A DNA stretch of 64,000 nucleotides from an uncultured delta proteobacterium (GCA_963783365.1 CAWANI010000009.1:418406-482405), one strand, 5' to 3'. Shown: positions 51,732 through 62,232, counted from the stretch's first letter. The notes: generated by a model not told the origin, from the sequence alone. Program-made: numbers and translations.

Positions 51732-52739
51732 TCACCAGGTCCCCCGACCGAAGAGTCTGTCGTACCGAGAGTTGTCCCCGGGACGGTTTTCGAAACATTC
51801 CCGATAGGCCCGGGGCATGCCGGCTGCCAGCAGTGTGCTGACGGTGACAAATCGGTATCCTTTCTTGCGCAGTTTGGGAATGTAGAGTGGCAGGGCTTCG
51901 GCGGTATGCCATCCCCGGCCGTTGGCGTGGCCGATGATGATCGCGCCGGGGCGCGCTTGCCGAAGGACGAGGCGTGCGATCCGGCGCGCGCTCTGACGAC
52001 GGACCGGATCGCCGGTGACAATGCTCCACTGAATGGCGGCGATCCCCTGCCGGGCCAGAAAATCGAGGGGCTCCGGCCGGCAGGTGCCGTAAGGAAAGCG
52101 AAACAACGTGGGGGCATCAGGGATCTCGGCGAGGGCCCTGCGCCCTGCTCGCAGGGCGCAGCGGCTTTGTTTAAGGCGCTCGGCCAGCCATTCGTACTCG
52201 CCCTGGGCGAACAGGATCTGGTTTTTCATCTGCTGGCCGGTGATCATCCGCAGATTGCCGTGGGTCCACGCGTGATTGCCTACCTCGAAAAGCGGGTCGG
52301 CCATCAGTTGCATGGCCTTCTGCGGATGGGTCTTCATCCATTTGCCGCCGGCGAAAAAGGTGGCCCTCACCTTGTGCCTGCGCAAGTAATCGACGATCCG
52401 ATAATCGTAGCCGGCCCTTTCATTCTCCCGCTCGCAGAGATCGAACGTCAGGGCCAGCAGCTTTTCCTTTCCGCGCAGTTTCACGGACCGGATCGAGCCG
52501 CGCAGCGCCGCGGGCAGGGGGGCGAGACGGCGGAGGGGAACCGCCCGGTCGGGGGGCATCGGCTGGGGGCCCTTGTGGTAGGGGCGGCGAACGATCCTGT
52601 CCCCGGCAGTGCCGGCAAGTTGGACCGGAGACCAGCAGGCATGAAGAGCCCCGTTCGACCCGAAAACGAGCCCCTCGCCTCTGGCACCTGCGGGAAAAAG
52701 GAGAAGCGCGGCAGCCAGAAGGATTGAATATCGGAACAT
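51732..52739 (-). CDS. Secreted polysaccharide deacetylase family protein (NodB homology domain)
   Basis: ATG 52739 behind GAGGGA. Signal peptide MFRYSILLAAALLLFPAGARG. LALTFDLCE, RATFFAGG, GNHAWTHG. Confidence 0.8.
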   Translation of the reverse strand: MFRYSILLAAALLLFPAGARGEGLVFGSNGALHACWSPVQLAGTAGDRIVRRPYHKGPQPMPPDRAVPLRRLAPLPAALRGSIRSVKLRGKEKLLALTFDLCERENERAGYDYRIVDYLRRHKVRATFFAGGKWMKTHPQKAMQLMADPLFEVGNHAWTHGNLRMITGQQMKNQILFAQGEYEWLAERLKQSRCALRAGRRALAEIPDAPTLFRFPYGTCRPEPLDFLARQGIAAIQWSIVTGDPVRRQSARRIARLVLRQARPGAIIIGHANGRGWHTAEALPLYIPKLRKKGYRFVTVSTLLAAGMPRAYRECFENRPGDNSRYDRLFGRGTW

Positions 52740-53127
52740 TTTCCCTCTCAATGTAATCACCCTTGTTTCACAACCCATCCGTGAAGGGATTTTTTTTCCT
52801 CCATTGATGCTGACCCGGGTCGCTGAGGCTAAACCGGCCTGAACAGGCGAGCCCTCAATTGGCGGTCTCACATACTTTTCAAACGCCCGGAATCTGTTTC
52901 TTACCACAAATTCTGCGGATTTTCCCGGGAAAAGACCAATCGGCGGCGCCCTTCAGATCGTGTTCGATTGAAAATGGAGGTGCGGGAGGAGGCTGGCGGC
53001 CCTTTTCCCGCTTCTGCACCAACTGGGCCTTGATTCCGACGGTCGGTTGTGCCATATTGCGGGACGCGCCGCGGGTTTTGCCCCGATCGGCCGCCTGAGT
53101 CCCACGACATTCAAATGGAGGTTTGTG

Positions 53128-53694
53128 ATGAAAAAGGTCCTTATTTTTATGGTGCTTCTGAGCCTCGTCGCGGTCCAGGCCGAGGCGGCATCGATGGAAA
53201 TCGACCTCAACGACAACAGCGTCCAGGCGGGGTTTTCCACCCCGCTGCGCATGGATGAATACGGCACGTCCTTGCTGAACGCCCGTCTACTTTATAACGA
53301 CAACAAGGACACCACGCTGGGGTCTGCGGGATTCGATTTTCTCGGTCAGCCGGGCAACGTGCCGGGGCTCGATCTGGGCGTCGGCGCCCAGGTCTACGGA
53401 GGGCAGGCCGCCGACAGCCAGAACATCCTGTCCCTGGGAATCGGCGGACGGGTGAGCTATGCCCCGCCGATGCTGGAAGGGGTCGGAGTGTCGGGAAAAT
53501 TCTTTTACGCCCCGCACATTCTCTCCCTGCTCGACGTCGATCGCATGCTCGAAACGGGCGTGCGGGTCAGCTACGCCATCACTCCGAAGGTCAAGGTCTA
53601 CCTCGGCTATCAGTACATCCGTGCCGATTTCGACAACGGGGATGACGGTGCGATCGACGACAGCGCCCGGGTCGGCTTTGAGGCAAACTTCTAG
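53128..53694 (+). CDS. Outer-membrane beta-barrel protein (YfaZ-like)
   Basis: ATG 53128 behind GGAGG. Signal peptide MKKVLIFMVLLSLVAVQAEA. Alternating beta-strand pattern with C-terminal ...GFEANF. Confidence 0.7.
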   Translation: MKKVLIFMVLLSLVAVQAEAASMEIDLNDNSVQAGFSTPLRMDEYGTSLLNARLLYNDNKDTTLGSAGFDFLGQPGNVPGLDLGVGAQVYGGQAADSQNILSLGIGGRVSYAPPMLEGVGVSGKFFYAPHILSLLDVDRMLETGVRVSYAITPKVKVYLGYQYIRADFDNGDDGAIDDSARVGFEANF

Positions 53695-54559
53695 TTCGAA
53701 GAGGGGGAAAGTCCTTTTCCCGGCTGAAGACAATGGTGGGAATGGCATCGAAACGGGTGGGTCGCCGGCAGGGTTGGCGACACACCCGTTTTGCTTTTAC
53801 GCCCAGAAGGGCCCGGACCACCTCGCCCGCCATGGTGAGCCCGAAGATGGGGGGGATATAGGAGGAGCTGCCGAGAATGACGCGGCGGTCGGTGCAGTGC
53901 CACGACTGCTCCTCCCGGTTGGGGCAGATGCAGTTTTCGGCGCAGACGTTGGCAGCGTTTCCCAGGGGGAGAAATTCCTCGGTGGAATAGACCACCTTGA
54001 CCCCGGAGGAGATGCCGCGGCGGCGAAGTTCCTTGCGCAGCACCCGGGCCAGGCGGCACTTTTGCGTCTGGAACAGATCGGCCACGGCGATCTTGGTCGG
54101 GTCGAGCTTGTTGGCCGCTCCCATCGAGGCGATGATCGGAATACCGGCCTCCTTGCAGCTCTGGATGAGGTGCAGTTTGGCGGTGATGTGATCGATGCAG
54201 TCGAGAACGAAATCGTATCCGCGATGCAGCAGCTCGGCCGCGTTTTGCGCCGTGTAGAAGGCCTTGATCGGCTCGACTTGGAGAGCCGGATGGATAGCCC
54301 GACAGCGCTCTGCCATGATCCGGACCTTGGGGTGGCCGATGGTCCCCTCCAGGGCATGGATCTGGCGGTTGGTGTTGGTCAGGCAGATATCGTCGAAATC
54401 GATCAGGGTCAGCCGGCCGATGCCGGCTCGCGCCAGGGCTTCGGCGGCGAAGCTGCCGACCCCGCCGACGCCGAAGACGGCCACCGAGGCGGCGGCGAGG
54501 CGGGCCTGCCCCGCCTCGCCGACCAGAAGTTCCATGCGGGAAAAGCGATGTTGTTTCAT
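53591..54559 (-). CDS. tcdA: tRNA threonylcarbamoyladenosine dehydratase (TcdA/CsdL, ThiF family); 3' end uncertain
   Basis: ThiF Rossmann motif VAVFGVGGVGSFAAEALARAG, DFDDICLTNTNRQ. The last ~70 codons of the ORF run through the terminator hairpin and overlap the convergent gene, so the real stop may lie near 53.8 kb. Confidence 0.75.
   Translation of the reverse strand: MKQHRFSRMELLVGEAGQARLAAASVAVFGVGGVGSFAAEALARAGIGRLTLIDFDDICLTNTNRQIHALEGTIGHPKVRIMAERCRAIHPALQVEPIKAFYTAQNAAELLHRGYDFVLDCIDHITAKLHLIQSCKEAGIPIIASMGAANKLDPTKIAVADLFQTQKCRLARVLRKELRRRGISSGVKVVYSTEEFLPLGNAANVCAENCICPNREEQSWHCTDRRVILGSSSYIPPIFGLTMAGEVVRALLGVKAKRVCRQPCRRPTRFDAIPTIVFSREKDFPPLRTRSLPQSRPGRCRRSHRHPRCRNRHGCTDSRGRP
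53751..53798 (+). terminator. Intrinsic terminator downstream of the beta-barrel gene
   Basis: AAACGGGTG-G-GTCGCC / GGCGAC-A-CACCCGTTT inverted repeat (15 paired nt, 9-nt loop) followed by TTTTGCTTTT. Confidence 0.7.
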
Positions 54560-54592
54560 CGTGGTTGCATACGTAGGAAAAGGGTTGAATTA

Positions 54593-54662
54593 CCTCCAGC
54601 CTCCAGCCTCCAGCCGCCAGCCGCCAGCCTCCAGCTGTCAGCTGTCAGTCACTGGTCACTGA
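54593..54662. repeat. Heptanucleotide tandem-repeat array (10 units)
   Basis: CCTCCAG x3, CCGCCAG x2, CCTCCAG x1, CTGTCAG x2, then TCACTGG and a partial TCACTG unit, all contiguous. It fills the tatD-tcdA intergenic space and overlaps the last tatD codons. Confidence 0.9.
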
Positions 54663-55440
54663 TTTTCAAAATCCTTGAGGCGTTTTCCGTTGTGATCCGT
54701 GCCACCTTCTCTTCGCTCCACCCCCGGATTTCGGCCACCCTGGCGGCCACCAGAGGGAGGTACGCCGGGTGGTTCTCTTCGCCGCGGTGGGGATGGGGCG
54801 CCTGGTCCGGAGCGTCGGTTTCGAGGACAATCCATTCCGGGGGGATCCTCTTCAGCACCTCTGGGCCGCGGCGGGCTTCGGGGAAGGTGACGGCGCCGCC
54901 GAAACCGATGGCGAACCCCATCTTGATGGCTTCCTGAGCGGTTTCGAAGCTTCCTGAAAAGCCGTGCAGGATACCGCCCACCGTGGCGGACCCCTCCTCC
55001 TTCAGAATCCGCAGAAGGTGGTCCGTTGCCCTGCGGCAATGGATCAGAATCGGCCGGCCGGCGGCGACCGCAAGGCGCGCCTGGGCGCGAAAGGCGTGCT
55101 CCTGAAGTTCTGTGGCGACGTCCTTCAGCTGGGCGTCGAGGCCGATCTCGCCCACTGCCGCGACGGCCGGATCCGCCAACAGGGTGGCCAGCTCCGCCTC
55201 GGCATCCCGGGTCCACTGGGCCGCGGCCTGGGGGTGCAGACCGGGCGCCGCCCAGACGCCCGGCACCGAATGGGCCAGGCTCAGGATCTGCGCCCACCCC
55301 TCCCGGGCCACCCCAGGGATCAGATAGCGCCGCACCCCGCCCAGTCGCGCCTGAGCCAGCTCCTGTTCGAGGGCCTTGCGCAGAAGGGGGGCGTCAAGGT
55401 GAACGTGGGTATCGAAAAGAAAAGGCGCTTCCCGGATCAT
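54649..55440 (-). CDS. TatD-family metal-dependent hydrolase
   Basis: FDTHVHL, GEIGLD, ILHGFSGS, ETDAPD. ATG 55440 (MIREAPF) lies within ORF 54649..55506. Confidence 0.88.
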   Translation of the reverse strand: MIREAPFLFDTHVHLDAPLLRKALEQELAQARLGGVRRYLIPGVAREGWAQILSLAHSVPGVWAAPGLHPQAAAQWTRDAEAELATLLADPAVAAVGEIGLDAQLKDVATELQEHAFRAQARLAVAAGRPILIHCRRATDHLLRILKEEGSATVGGILHGFSGSFETAQEAIKMGFAIGFGGAVTFPEARRGPEVLKRIPPEWIVLETDAPDQAPHPHRGEENHPAYLPLVAARVAEIRGWSEEKVARITTENASRILKISDQ

Positions 55441-55587
55441 CGGTAATGATGCTATCATAACCACCGCCTTCAGGGGAAGATGGCCCGGGTGATTAATCCT
55501 TGCCATCGACCGGGGGTTCGTGTTAAGAGCTAAGAGGTTGAATTTTCATCAAAAAGTATTCGATATCGGCAGGCATGGAGGCGCATT

Positions 55588-57318
55588 ATGGCGCAAGCGA
55601 CCGTCAGGAACCGCTCGTATATCAGAAAACTTCTCCTCATCACGCACCTTGTCGGCTTGGTCGCAGGGGCGCTCTTTCCCTTCCTGACTCTACCGCTTCT
55701 CGGCCCTGCCGCCCTGACCCTCCCCTTCTTTCTTCTCTGTCTGGCGATGGGCTGGGGGGTGGGAGCGCTCATCTTTCTGGTCGTCAACGCCACCCTCAAA
55801 AGCCAGCTGCGCCGCCAGATCGCCCTGCTGCGCCCTCTGGCCGGAGAGATCGCCGTTTCGGGCGATTCGCCCGAGCAGCTGCAGGAGGCGGTTGAGCTCT
55901 CGGTGTCCCAGGTCGAGGCTTTCATCCGTGAACTGTTCTCCACCCTCGATGAGCTGATCCCCCATCACCGCTCCTTGAGCGAGTTGAGCCGGTACATGAG
56001 CGATCGGGCGCAGGAGGGGCTCGCCGCGGCCCGCACCACCCGCCAGGATATCGAAGCGATCGAAGAGAAACAGGACGGGGTTCTCGCCCAGGTTGAGAAC
56101 CTCTCGGAGCGCTCTCAGGACGAAGCCGCCCTCTCCCGCGAGCTCTCCGCCTCACTGGAGGAGATGGCCGATGCCATGGAACACTCCACCGGCCAATTCC
56201 TCGAAACCACCAATACCGTCGACGAGATGGCCAGCAGTATCCGGGAAGTTGCCCTGCAGGCCGACGAAATCGCTCTTTCGGTAGAGAGCACGGCTCACGA
56301 TCTCGATGCCATTGGCGATTCTCTGGAAAAGATCCGTGGTGGCGCCTACGATAGCGCGCAAGAGGCAGAAACGGTGAGAAAAGACGCCGATGAGGGGTTT
56401 GCCGTCGTACAGAGCGCCATCGAGGAGATGGAGCGGATCGAAGAGGAGAGTCTCAAGGCCACCGAGGCCATGGAACGTCTTTCCTTTCAGACGGGAGAGG
56501 TTGCCAAAATCATCCAGGTGATCCGGGAACTCGTCTCCGATACGGAGCTGCTGGCCTTCAACGCGGCGATTATCGCGGCGAAGGCCGGAGAGGACGGCAA
56601 AGGGTTCTCGGTGGTCGCCGATGAGATTCGGGATCTGGCCGACCGCACCACGGCCAGCGCCCAGGATATTCACCGCATCGTCAAGGCGATCGGCGGCGAC
56701 ACCCAGGAGGTGACAGAAGCGGTCGCCGCCACCGGCCGGCGCATCGGCAAGGGAAAGCAGCTCTCCCTCTCCACCGGCGAGGCGCTGCGCAAGATCGCCG
56801 CCAGTTCCAGTCAGGCCGCCAGAACCTCCGAAGAGATCGCCATTCTTACCCGCGAACAGGGGGAGCGCGCCCGGGCGCTGTTGAACGACGCCGGCAGCAG
56901 TCTGCGGTCGGTGCAGTCCATTGCCCGCGCCATGCAGGAGCAAGGGACCGGCATCACCCGGATTCAGGAAGGGGTCACCCAGATGAAGGCCGCCTCGGAC
57001 CAGATCGCCCGAGGAATGGAGGAGCAGGTGCGGGCCAACCGCCAGTTCGATAAAGGGCTGTCCGAGCGAGAGACGCAGGTGCAGACGATCTTCGAAGCGA
57101 CTCAGTTCTGGAAGATTACGGCGCAGAAGGTCTTTTCCCACTTCGCGACCTCGGAGGTCAGGCTGACGAAAAATGCCGAAAAGGCCGCCTTTCTCACCCG
57201 CGAGGTGGCGACCCTGGAAAAACTTGCCGACAAATTGAAGGACAAGGCCGAGGTCTTCGAACGCCCCGAGCCCGAAAGCGCCCGCGAGTCGGCGTCGGTG
57301 GCCGCATTCCAAGAGTAG
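55588..57318 (+). CDS. Methyl-accepting chemotaxis protein
   Basis: Two N-terminal TM helices. Highly conserved signalling hairpin LLAFNAAIIAAKAGEDGKGFSVVADEIRDLADRT. Confidence 0.92.
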   Translation: MAQATVRNRSYIRKLLLITHLVGLVAGALFPFLTLPLLGPAALTLPFFLLCLAMGWGVGALIFLVVNATLKSQLRRQIALLRPLAGEIAVSGDSPEQLQEAVELSVSQVEAFIRELFSTLDELIPHHRSLSELSRYMSDRAQEGLAAARTTRQDIEAIEEKQDGVLAQVENLSERSQDEAALSRELSASLEEMADAMEHSTGQFLETTNTVDEMASSIREVALQADEIALSVESTAHDLDAIGDSLEKIRGGAYDSAQEAETVRKDADEGFAVVQSAIEEMERIEEESLKATEAMERLSFQTGEVAKIIQVIRELVSDTELLAFNAAIIAAKAGEDGKGFSVVADEIRDLADRTTASAQDIHRIVKAIGGDTQEVTEAVAATGRRIGKGKQLSLSTGEALRKIAASSSQAARTSEEIAILTREQGERARALLNDAGSSLRSVQSIARAMQEQGTGITRIQEGVTQMKAASDQIARGMEEQVRANRQFDKGLSERETQVQTIFEATQFWKITAQKVFSHFATSEVRLTKNAEKAAFLTREVATLEKLADKLKDKAEVFERPEPESARESASVAAFQE

Positions 57319-57384
57319 GAAGAGAAGCAGCCGAAAGGTAAAACCGCTTTTTCCCCCGCCAGGGGCAGAAAGGAAAAGACAGGC

Positions 57385-57639
57385 ATGAGAACCACCTATA
57401 CCACGCAGGGCACCTGTTCCCGGTTTATCGATATCGAATGGGAAGGGGAGCAGATCAAGGAAGTTCGTTTCATCGGCGGCTGCGCCGGCAATACGCAAGG
57501 GGTTGCGGCCCTGGTCCGCGGGATGGCGGTGCAGGAGGCGGCCGCGCGTCTGAGGGGGATCGTCTGCCGGGCCGGGACGAGCTGTCCGGACCAGTTGGCC
57601 CGGGCCCTTGAGCAACTTCAGCTGAAGCAGGCCTGCTGA
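57385..57639 (+). CDS. TSCPD-domain protein (TIGR03905-like)
   Basis: 84 aa. FIGGCAGNTQG ... GTSCPDQLA. Confidence 0.75.
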   Translation: MRTTYTTQGTCSRFIDIEWEGEQIKEVRFIGGCAGNTQGVAALVRGMAVQEAAARLRGIVCRAGTSCPDQLARALEQLQLKQAC

Positions 57640-57670
57640 TCTCTGAGGGAAAATCAGGTGGAGTAAAAAA

Positions 57671-57695
57671 GGCGCGGCATTTGCCGCGCCTTTTT
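57671..57695. terminator. Bidirectional intrinsic terminator
   Basis: GGCGCGGC-ATTT-GCCGCGCC (8-bp GC stem) flanked by A6 and T5. It lies between the convergent TSCPD gene and the efflux operon. Confidence 0.85.
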
Positions 57696-57698
57696 CAT

Positions 57699-57890
57699 TT
57701 ATCCTTCCCTCACCCCGAGTTTGCGCAGAATCGTCATCATCGGACACCAATCGGTGAAAGCGCTCTGAAAAAGATTCAGACCGACAAAGGCGGTGAACAG
57801 ATACCAGTAGGGGGAGACGGCGTAGCCCAGCAGCAGGCTGAGCAGGATGAAAAAGCCGGCGATCAGGCGCAGGTAACGGTTAACGGTCAT
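57699..57890 (-). CDS. DUF2892 (YgaP-like) small membrane protein
   Basis: MTVNRYLRLIAGFFILLSLLLGY...FQSAFTDWCPMMTIL. ATG 57890 overlaps the RND stop (ATGA). Confidence 0.75.
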   Translation of the reverse strand: MTVNRYLRLIAGFFILLSLLLGYAVSPYWYLFTAFVGLNLFQSAFTDWCPMMTILRKLGVREG

Positions 57891-60800
57891 GGCTGAAATC
57901 TCCTTGCGTGTTTTTCGGCTTTTTTGCCGTAGATGAGCCAGTAGACGACGGGGATCACCACCAGGGTGAAGGCGGTCGAGGCGAAGACCCCGAAGATGAT
58001 CGACCAGGCGAGCCCCGAGAAGATCGGATCGAGGGTGATGACCCAGTTGCCGAGCAGAGCGGCGCCCGCCGTGAGGAGGATCGGCCGCAGGCGCACGGCG
58101 CCGCTTTCGATGATCGCCTCCTTGAGCGGAACGCCCCGGCGCAGGGCGTGGTGGATGAAGTCGATGAGGATGATCGAGTTGCGCACCACGATCCCGGCCA
58201 GGGCGATCATGCCGATCATCGCCGTGGCGGTGAAGAAGACGGGAGTGTTGTACCCTCCCACCTGGTGGTTCATGATCAGGTTGAGGAGCCAGAAGCCGGG
58301 CATGATGCCGATCATCGTCAGCGGGATCGCGCCCATAATGATCAGCGGCATGGCGTAGGAGCTGGTCTCGATCAGCAGCAGGATGTAGATCATGACCAGG
58401 GCTGCGCCGAAGGCGATGCCCAGGTCGCGAAAGACATCGAGCGTGATCTTCCACTCCCCCTCGCCGTTCCAGACCACGCTGGTGCCGGTGGGCAGGGAGT
58501 GCTTCTTGAACCACGAGGAGAGATTGAGAATGGCATTGACCGGGCTCTTGCCGGCCATATTGCCGAAGACGTAGACCACCCGCTGGAGATTCTTGTGGTA
58601 GATGGTCGGGGCGAGGGTTTCGTGTTCAAAGCGCCCCAGTTCCGAGAGACGCACAAGTTTGTTCCCGGCCCCGTGGACATCGAGGGCGCCCAGCTCGGAG
58701 GCCGAGGAGCGGCTGCGCAGAGGCAGGCGCTCCTCGATCCGAAGGGGATTGCGCTCCGAGGGGACGTGAACTGTGCCCACTGTCTGGCCGCCCAGGGCTA
58801 AGGCCAGGGTGCGGGCGATCTGCGCGTCGCTCACCCCGGAGAGAGCCGCCTTTTCCTTGTCGGGGACGAAGTGAAGCCGCCGCTGGGGGGCTTCGACGGT
58901 ATCGTCGACATCGACCACTTTGTCCTCCCGCTCCATGCGGGCCCGCACGATCTTGGCCGAGGCGATCTGCTGAGCGTAGCTGATCCCGGGGCGGGCGTAG
59001 ATCTCGGCGGTGAGGGTGGCGATGACCGGCGGGCCGGGGGGGACCTCGACGATTTTCAGATTGGCGCCGTGGGCCCGGGCGATGCGGGTCAGATCGTTGC
59101 GCAGCCGCAGGGTGATCTCGTGGCTCTGCTGGGCGCGCTCACCCTTGGGGGCGAGGTTGACGCGGATATCGGCCACGTTCGGCCCGTGGCGCATGTAGTA
59201 GTGGCGGACCATGCCGTTGAAGTCCATGGCGCTGGCGGTGCCGACGTAGGATTCGAAGTCGGTCACCTCGTTGACCGTGCCCAGGTAGTCCTCCAGGGCC
59301 CGCACCGCCGCGTCGGTCGTCTCCAGGGTGGTCCCCTCGGGCATGTCGACCACCAGCTGGAACTCGTTCTTGTTGTCGAAGGGGAGCATCTTCATCGGCA
59401 CCAGGTTGAACAGCGGCATGGCCATGGAGCCGAGCAGCAGCACCACCACCGCCCCGACCAGCAGCCAGGCCTTGCGCCGCGAATCGATGAAGGGCTCGAG
59501 GATGCGCCGGTAGACCTGGTAGATGCGGCTCTCCTCGAGGACGAACTCCTTCTCCTGCTTGCCGTACTCCCCCTTGAGGACGTGGTAGCTCATCCAGGGG
59601 GTGATGGTGAAGGCGACCAGCAGCGACATCAGCATGGTCAGCGGGACGTTGATCGCCATCGGCCGCATGTAGGGCCCCATCATGCCGGTGATGAAGAGCA
59701 TCGGCAAAAAGGAGAGGATGACCGCCAGGGTCGCCAGGATCACCGGCGGCCGCACCTCGTCGACGGCGGAGAGGACCGCCTCGCGCGGCGGCTCCTTCTT
59801 CATCTTGAAATGGCGGTAGATGTTCTCGACGTCGACGATGGGGTCGTCGACCAGCAGGCCCAGGGCCAGCACCAGGGCGAAGAGGGTGACCCGGTTGATG
59901 GTGTAGCCGAACCAGTAGTTGACCATCAGGGTCAGCGAATAGATGATCGGGATCGAGACCGAGACGATGAAGGCCTCGCGCCAGCCCAGGGCGAAGAGGA
60001 TCAGCGCGAGGACCGTCACCATGGCGATCAGCAGCTCCTCGATCAGCTCGTTGACCTTGTGGTTGGCGGTCTCGCCGTAGTCGCGGGTGACCCGCACCTG
60101 GATGTCGTCGGGGATGATCTGTCCCCTGCATGGCGTGCACGGCGTCGATCACCTCGTTGGCCACCACCACGGCGTTGGTCCCCTTCTTCTTGGCGACGGC
60201 GATGTTGACCGCCTGGTACTCGGTGCCCGTCGCGGCCGCCGCTTGGCGTCGCCGGCGGGGCCGAAGCGCAGCCGGGTGTAGGTCTGCGGCTCGGCCGGGC
60301 CGTCGCTGACCTTGGCGACGTCGCGCAGGTAGACCGGCGCGCCGTGGTCGACCCCGACCACCAGCCGCGCGACCTCGCGCGCCGAGCTGAAGAAGGTGCC
60401 GCCGCGCACCAGGATCTCCTGGTCGTCCCGCTCGAAAGCTGCCGGCCGGCAGCTCCAGGTTGGCGCCGGCAAGAGCCCGGCGCACGTCGAGCAGAGCGAT
60501 GCCCCGGGCGGCCATCGCCTCGGGATCGATCGCCACCCGCACCTGGCGGGGGCGGCCGCCGATGACCGTGGTCACCGAGGTGTTCTTCACCGACTGCAGC
60601 CGGTCGACCACCTCCTCGGCGACCCGGCGCAGCTCGTAGTCCGAATCGCTGCTTCGAGTAGAGGGTGAGGTTGACGATCGGCACGTCGTCGACGGCCACC
60701 GGCTTGATCACCCAGCCGGTCACCCCCGGCGGCACCAGGTCGGTGTGGGTGCTGATCTTGTTGTGCAGCTTGACCAGCGAGGCGATGCGGTCCTCGCCGA

Positions 60801-61115
60801 CGTAGAAGCGGGCGGTGACCACCGCCATGCCGGGGCGGGACATGGAGTAGACGTACTCCACCCCGTCGACCTGCCAGAGGAGCTTCTCCAGGGGGGTGGC
60901 GACGAGCTTCTCCACCTCCTTGGCGCTCGCCCCCGGCATGTGGACGTAGACGTCGGCCAGCGGCACCACGATCTGCGGCTCCTCCTCCCGGGGGGTCAGC
61001 ATCAGCGCCGCGGCGCCGGCCACCAGGGCGAGCAGGATGAGGATGACCGACAGGTTGCCGTCGAGGAACTTGTCGACGATGCGGGTCGGCAGGGAGTGTT
61101 TCCGACGCTCGCCAT
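57887..61115 (-). pseudogene. RND efflux permease (CzcA/CusA/AcrB superfamily); 5' third disrupted by at least six frameshifts as sequenced
   Basis: ORF 57887..60097 is an intact 736-aa C-terminal part. The N-terminal part is spread over three frames: IVDKFLDGNLSVILILLAL..., VDRLQSVKNTSVTTVIGGRPRQVRV..., FERDDQEILVRGGTFF..., YQAVNIAVAKKKGTNAV... ATG at 61115. Confidence 0.85.
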
Positions 61116-61118
61116 CGA

Positions 61119-62232
61119 TCAGCCCTCCACCCGGGCGCCGTTGCGGGCCTGCTCGGTGCCGGTGGCGACGATGGTCTCGCCGGGGCGCAGCCCGGAGAGG
61201 ATCTCCACCTGCTCGCCGAGGGTGCGGCCGGTGCGTACCAGCCGAAAGTGCAGAATCCCTTTTTCGACCGTATAAATCGCCGGTTAGCTGCCCGCGGGTG
61301 ACCAAGGCGCTACGCGGAATGAGCAGCGTCTTCCGGCTGCCGCCGGCGAGGCTCGCCCGGGCGAACATGCCGGCGGAGAGCCCTTGAGCATCCTGGCAGG
61401 ACAATTTTGACTTCGAAGGAGCGGCTGCTGGGATCTGCCGCGGGAAGGATGTCTTTGACCTGGCCGGCAAAGGAGCGGCCGACAGCAGGCACCGTCGACG
61501 CTGAAGGAATCCCGCCGATTCGCACCTTCCCGAAAAGCGATCTCGGGCAGATTCACCCGCACCTGCCAGCTCCCCGCCGCGGTCGAGGACCAGCAGGGGC
61601 GTGCCGGGCATCACGGTCGTGCCCGCCTCCACCTTTTTGCGCACGATCCGCCCGGCAAAGGGGGCGACGACGCGGGTGTAGGAGAGGGCCGTGCGGGCCG
61701 CACCTCGTGCCGCGACGGCGCCGTCGCGGGCCGCTCGGGCGGCGGCGAACTGGTGCCGGGCCGTTTCCAGTTCGGTGCTGACGCGGTCCATCTCCTGCGG
61801 GGTGACCGCTTCGTCGGTGAACAGCCTGCGGTAGCGGGCTTCGGTCTTTCGAGCCAGCTCGAGCCGGGCCTGGGCTGCGGCCATTTCCCTTCTGCTTGCT
61901 GGAGCGCCGCTTTGGCTTCGGCCAGCCGATCGCCGGCAACGTTGTCGTCGAATGGTGAGCAGCGGCGCGCCCCGTCGGACACGGTCCCCCTCGCGGACCA
62001 GGATCCGGTCGACCTGGCCGTCGATGCGAGCGGCCAGGACCCCCCGGTCGGGGCTTTCGACCGTACCGACGAAGGTCTCGGTCCCGGTCACTGAGCCGGT
62101 GGCCACGGTGGCCAGGGTCACGCCCTTGATCACCGGAGGCTTCCCTCGGTGCGTCCCGGTTCGATGTTGCCTCCGCAGGCGGCCAGGATGAGCAAGGAGC
62201 AGCAGGCTGCAGCAGATGGCGGATTTCTTCAC
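61119..62232 (-). pseudogene. RND membrane-fusion (periplasmic adaptor) protein; at least eight frameshifts as sequenced
   Basis: GTG 62232 overlaps the OMP stop (GTGA). The lipobox LLILAACGG sits in a second frame. Pieces KPPVIKGVTLATV..., DDNVAGDRLAEAKAALQQAE, EMAAAQARLELARK..., VRIGGIPSASTVPAVGRSFAGQVKDI... and IYTVEKGILHFRLVRTG...ARVEG* lie in alternating frames. Confidence 0.8.

Noticed and set aside
54593-54662. The repeat array considered as a CRISPR or as coding repeats.
   Set aside because: The units are only 7 nt and directly abutting, with no spacers. No cas genes are present, and only the last ~14 nt overlap a CDS.
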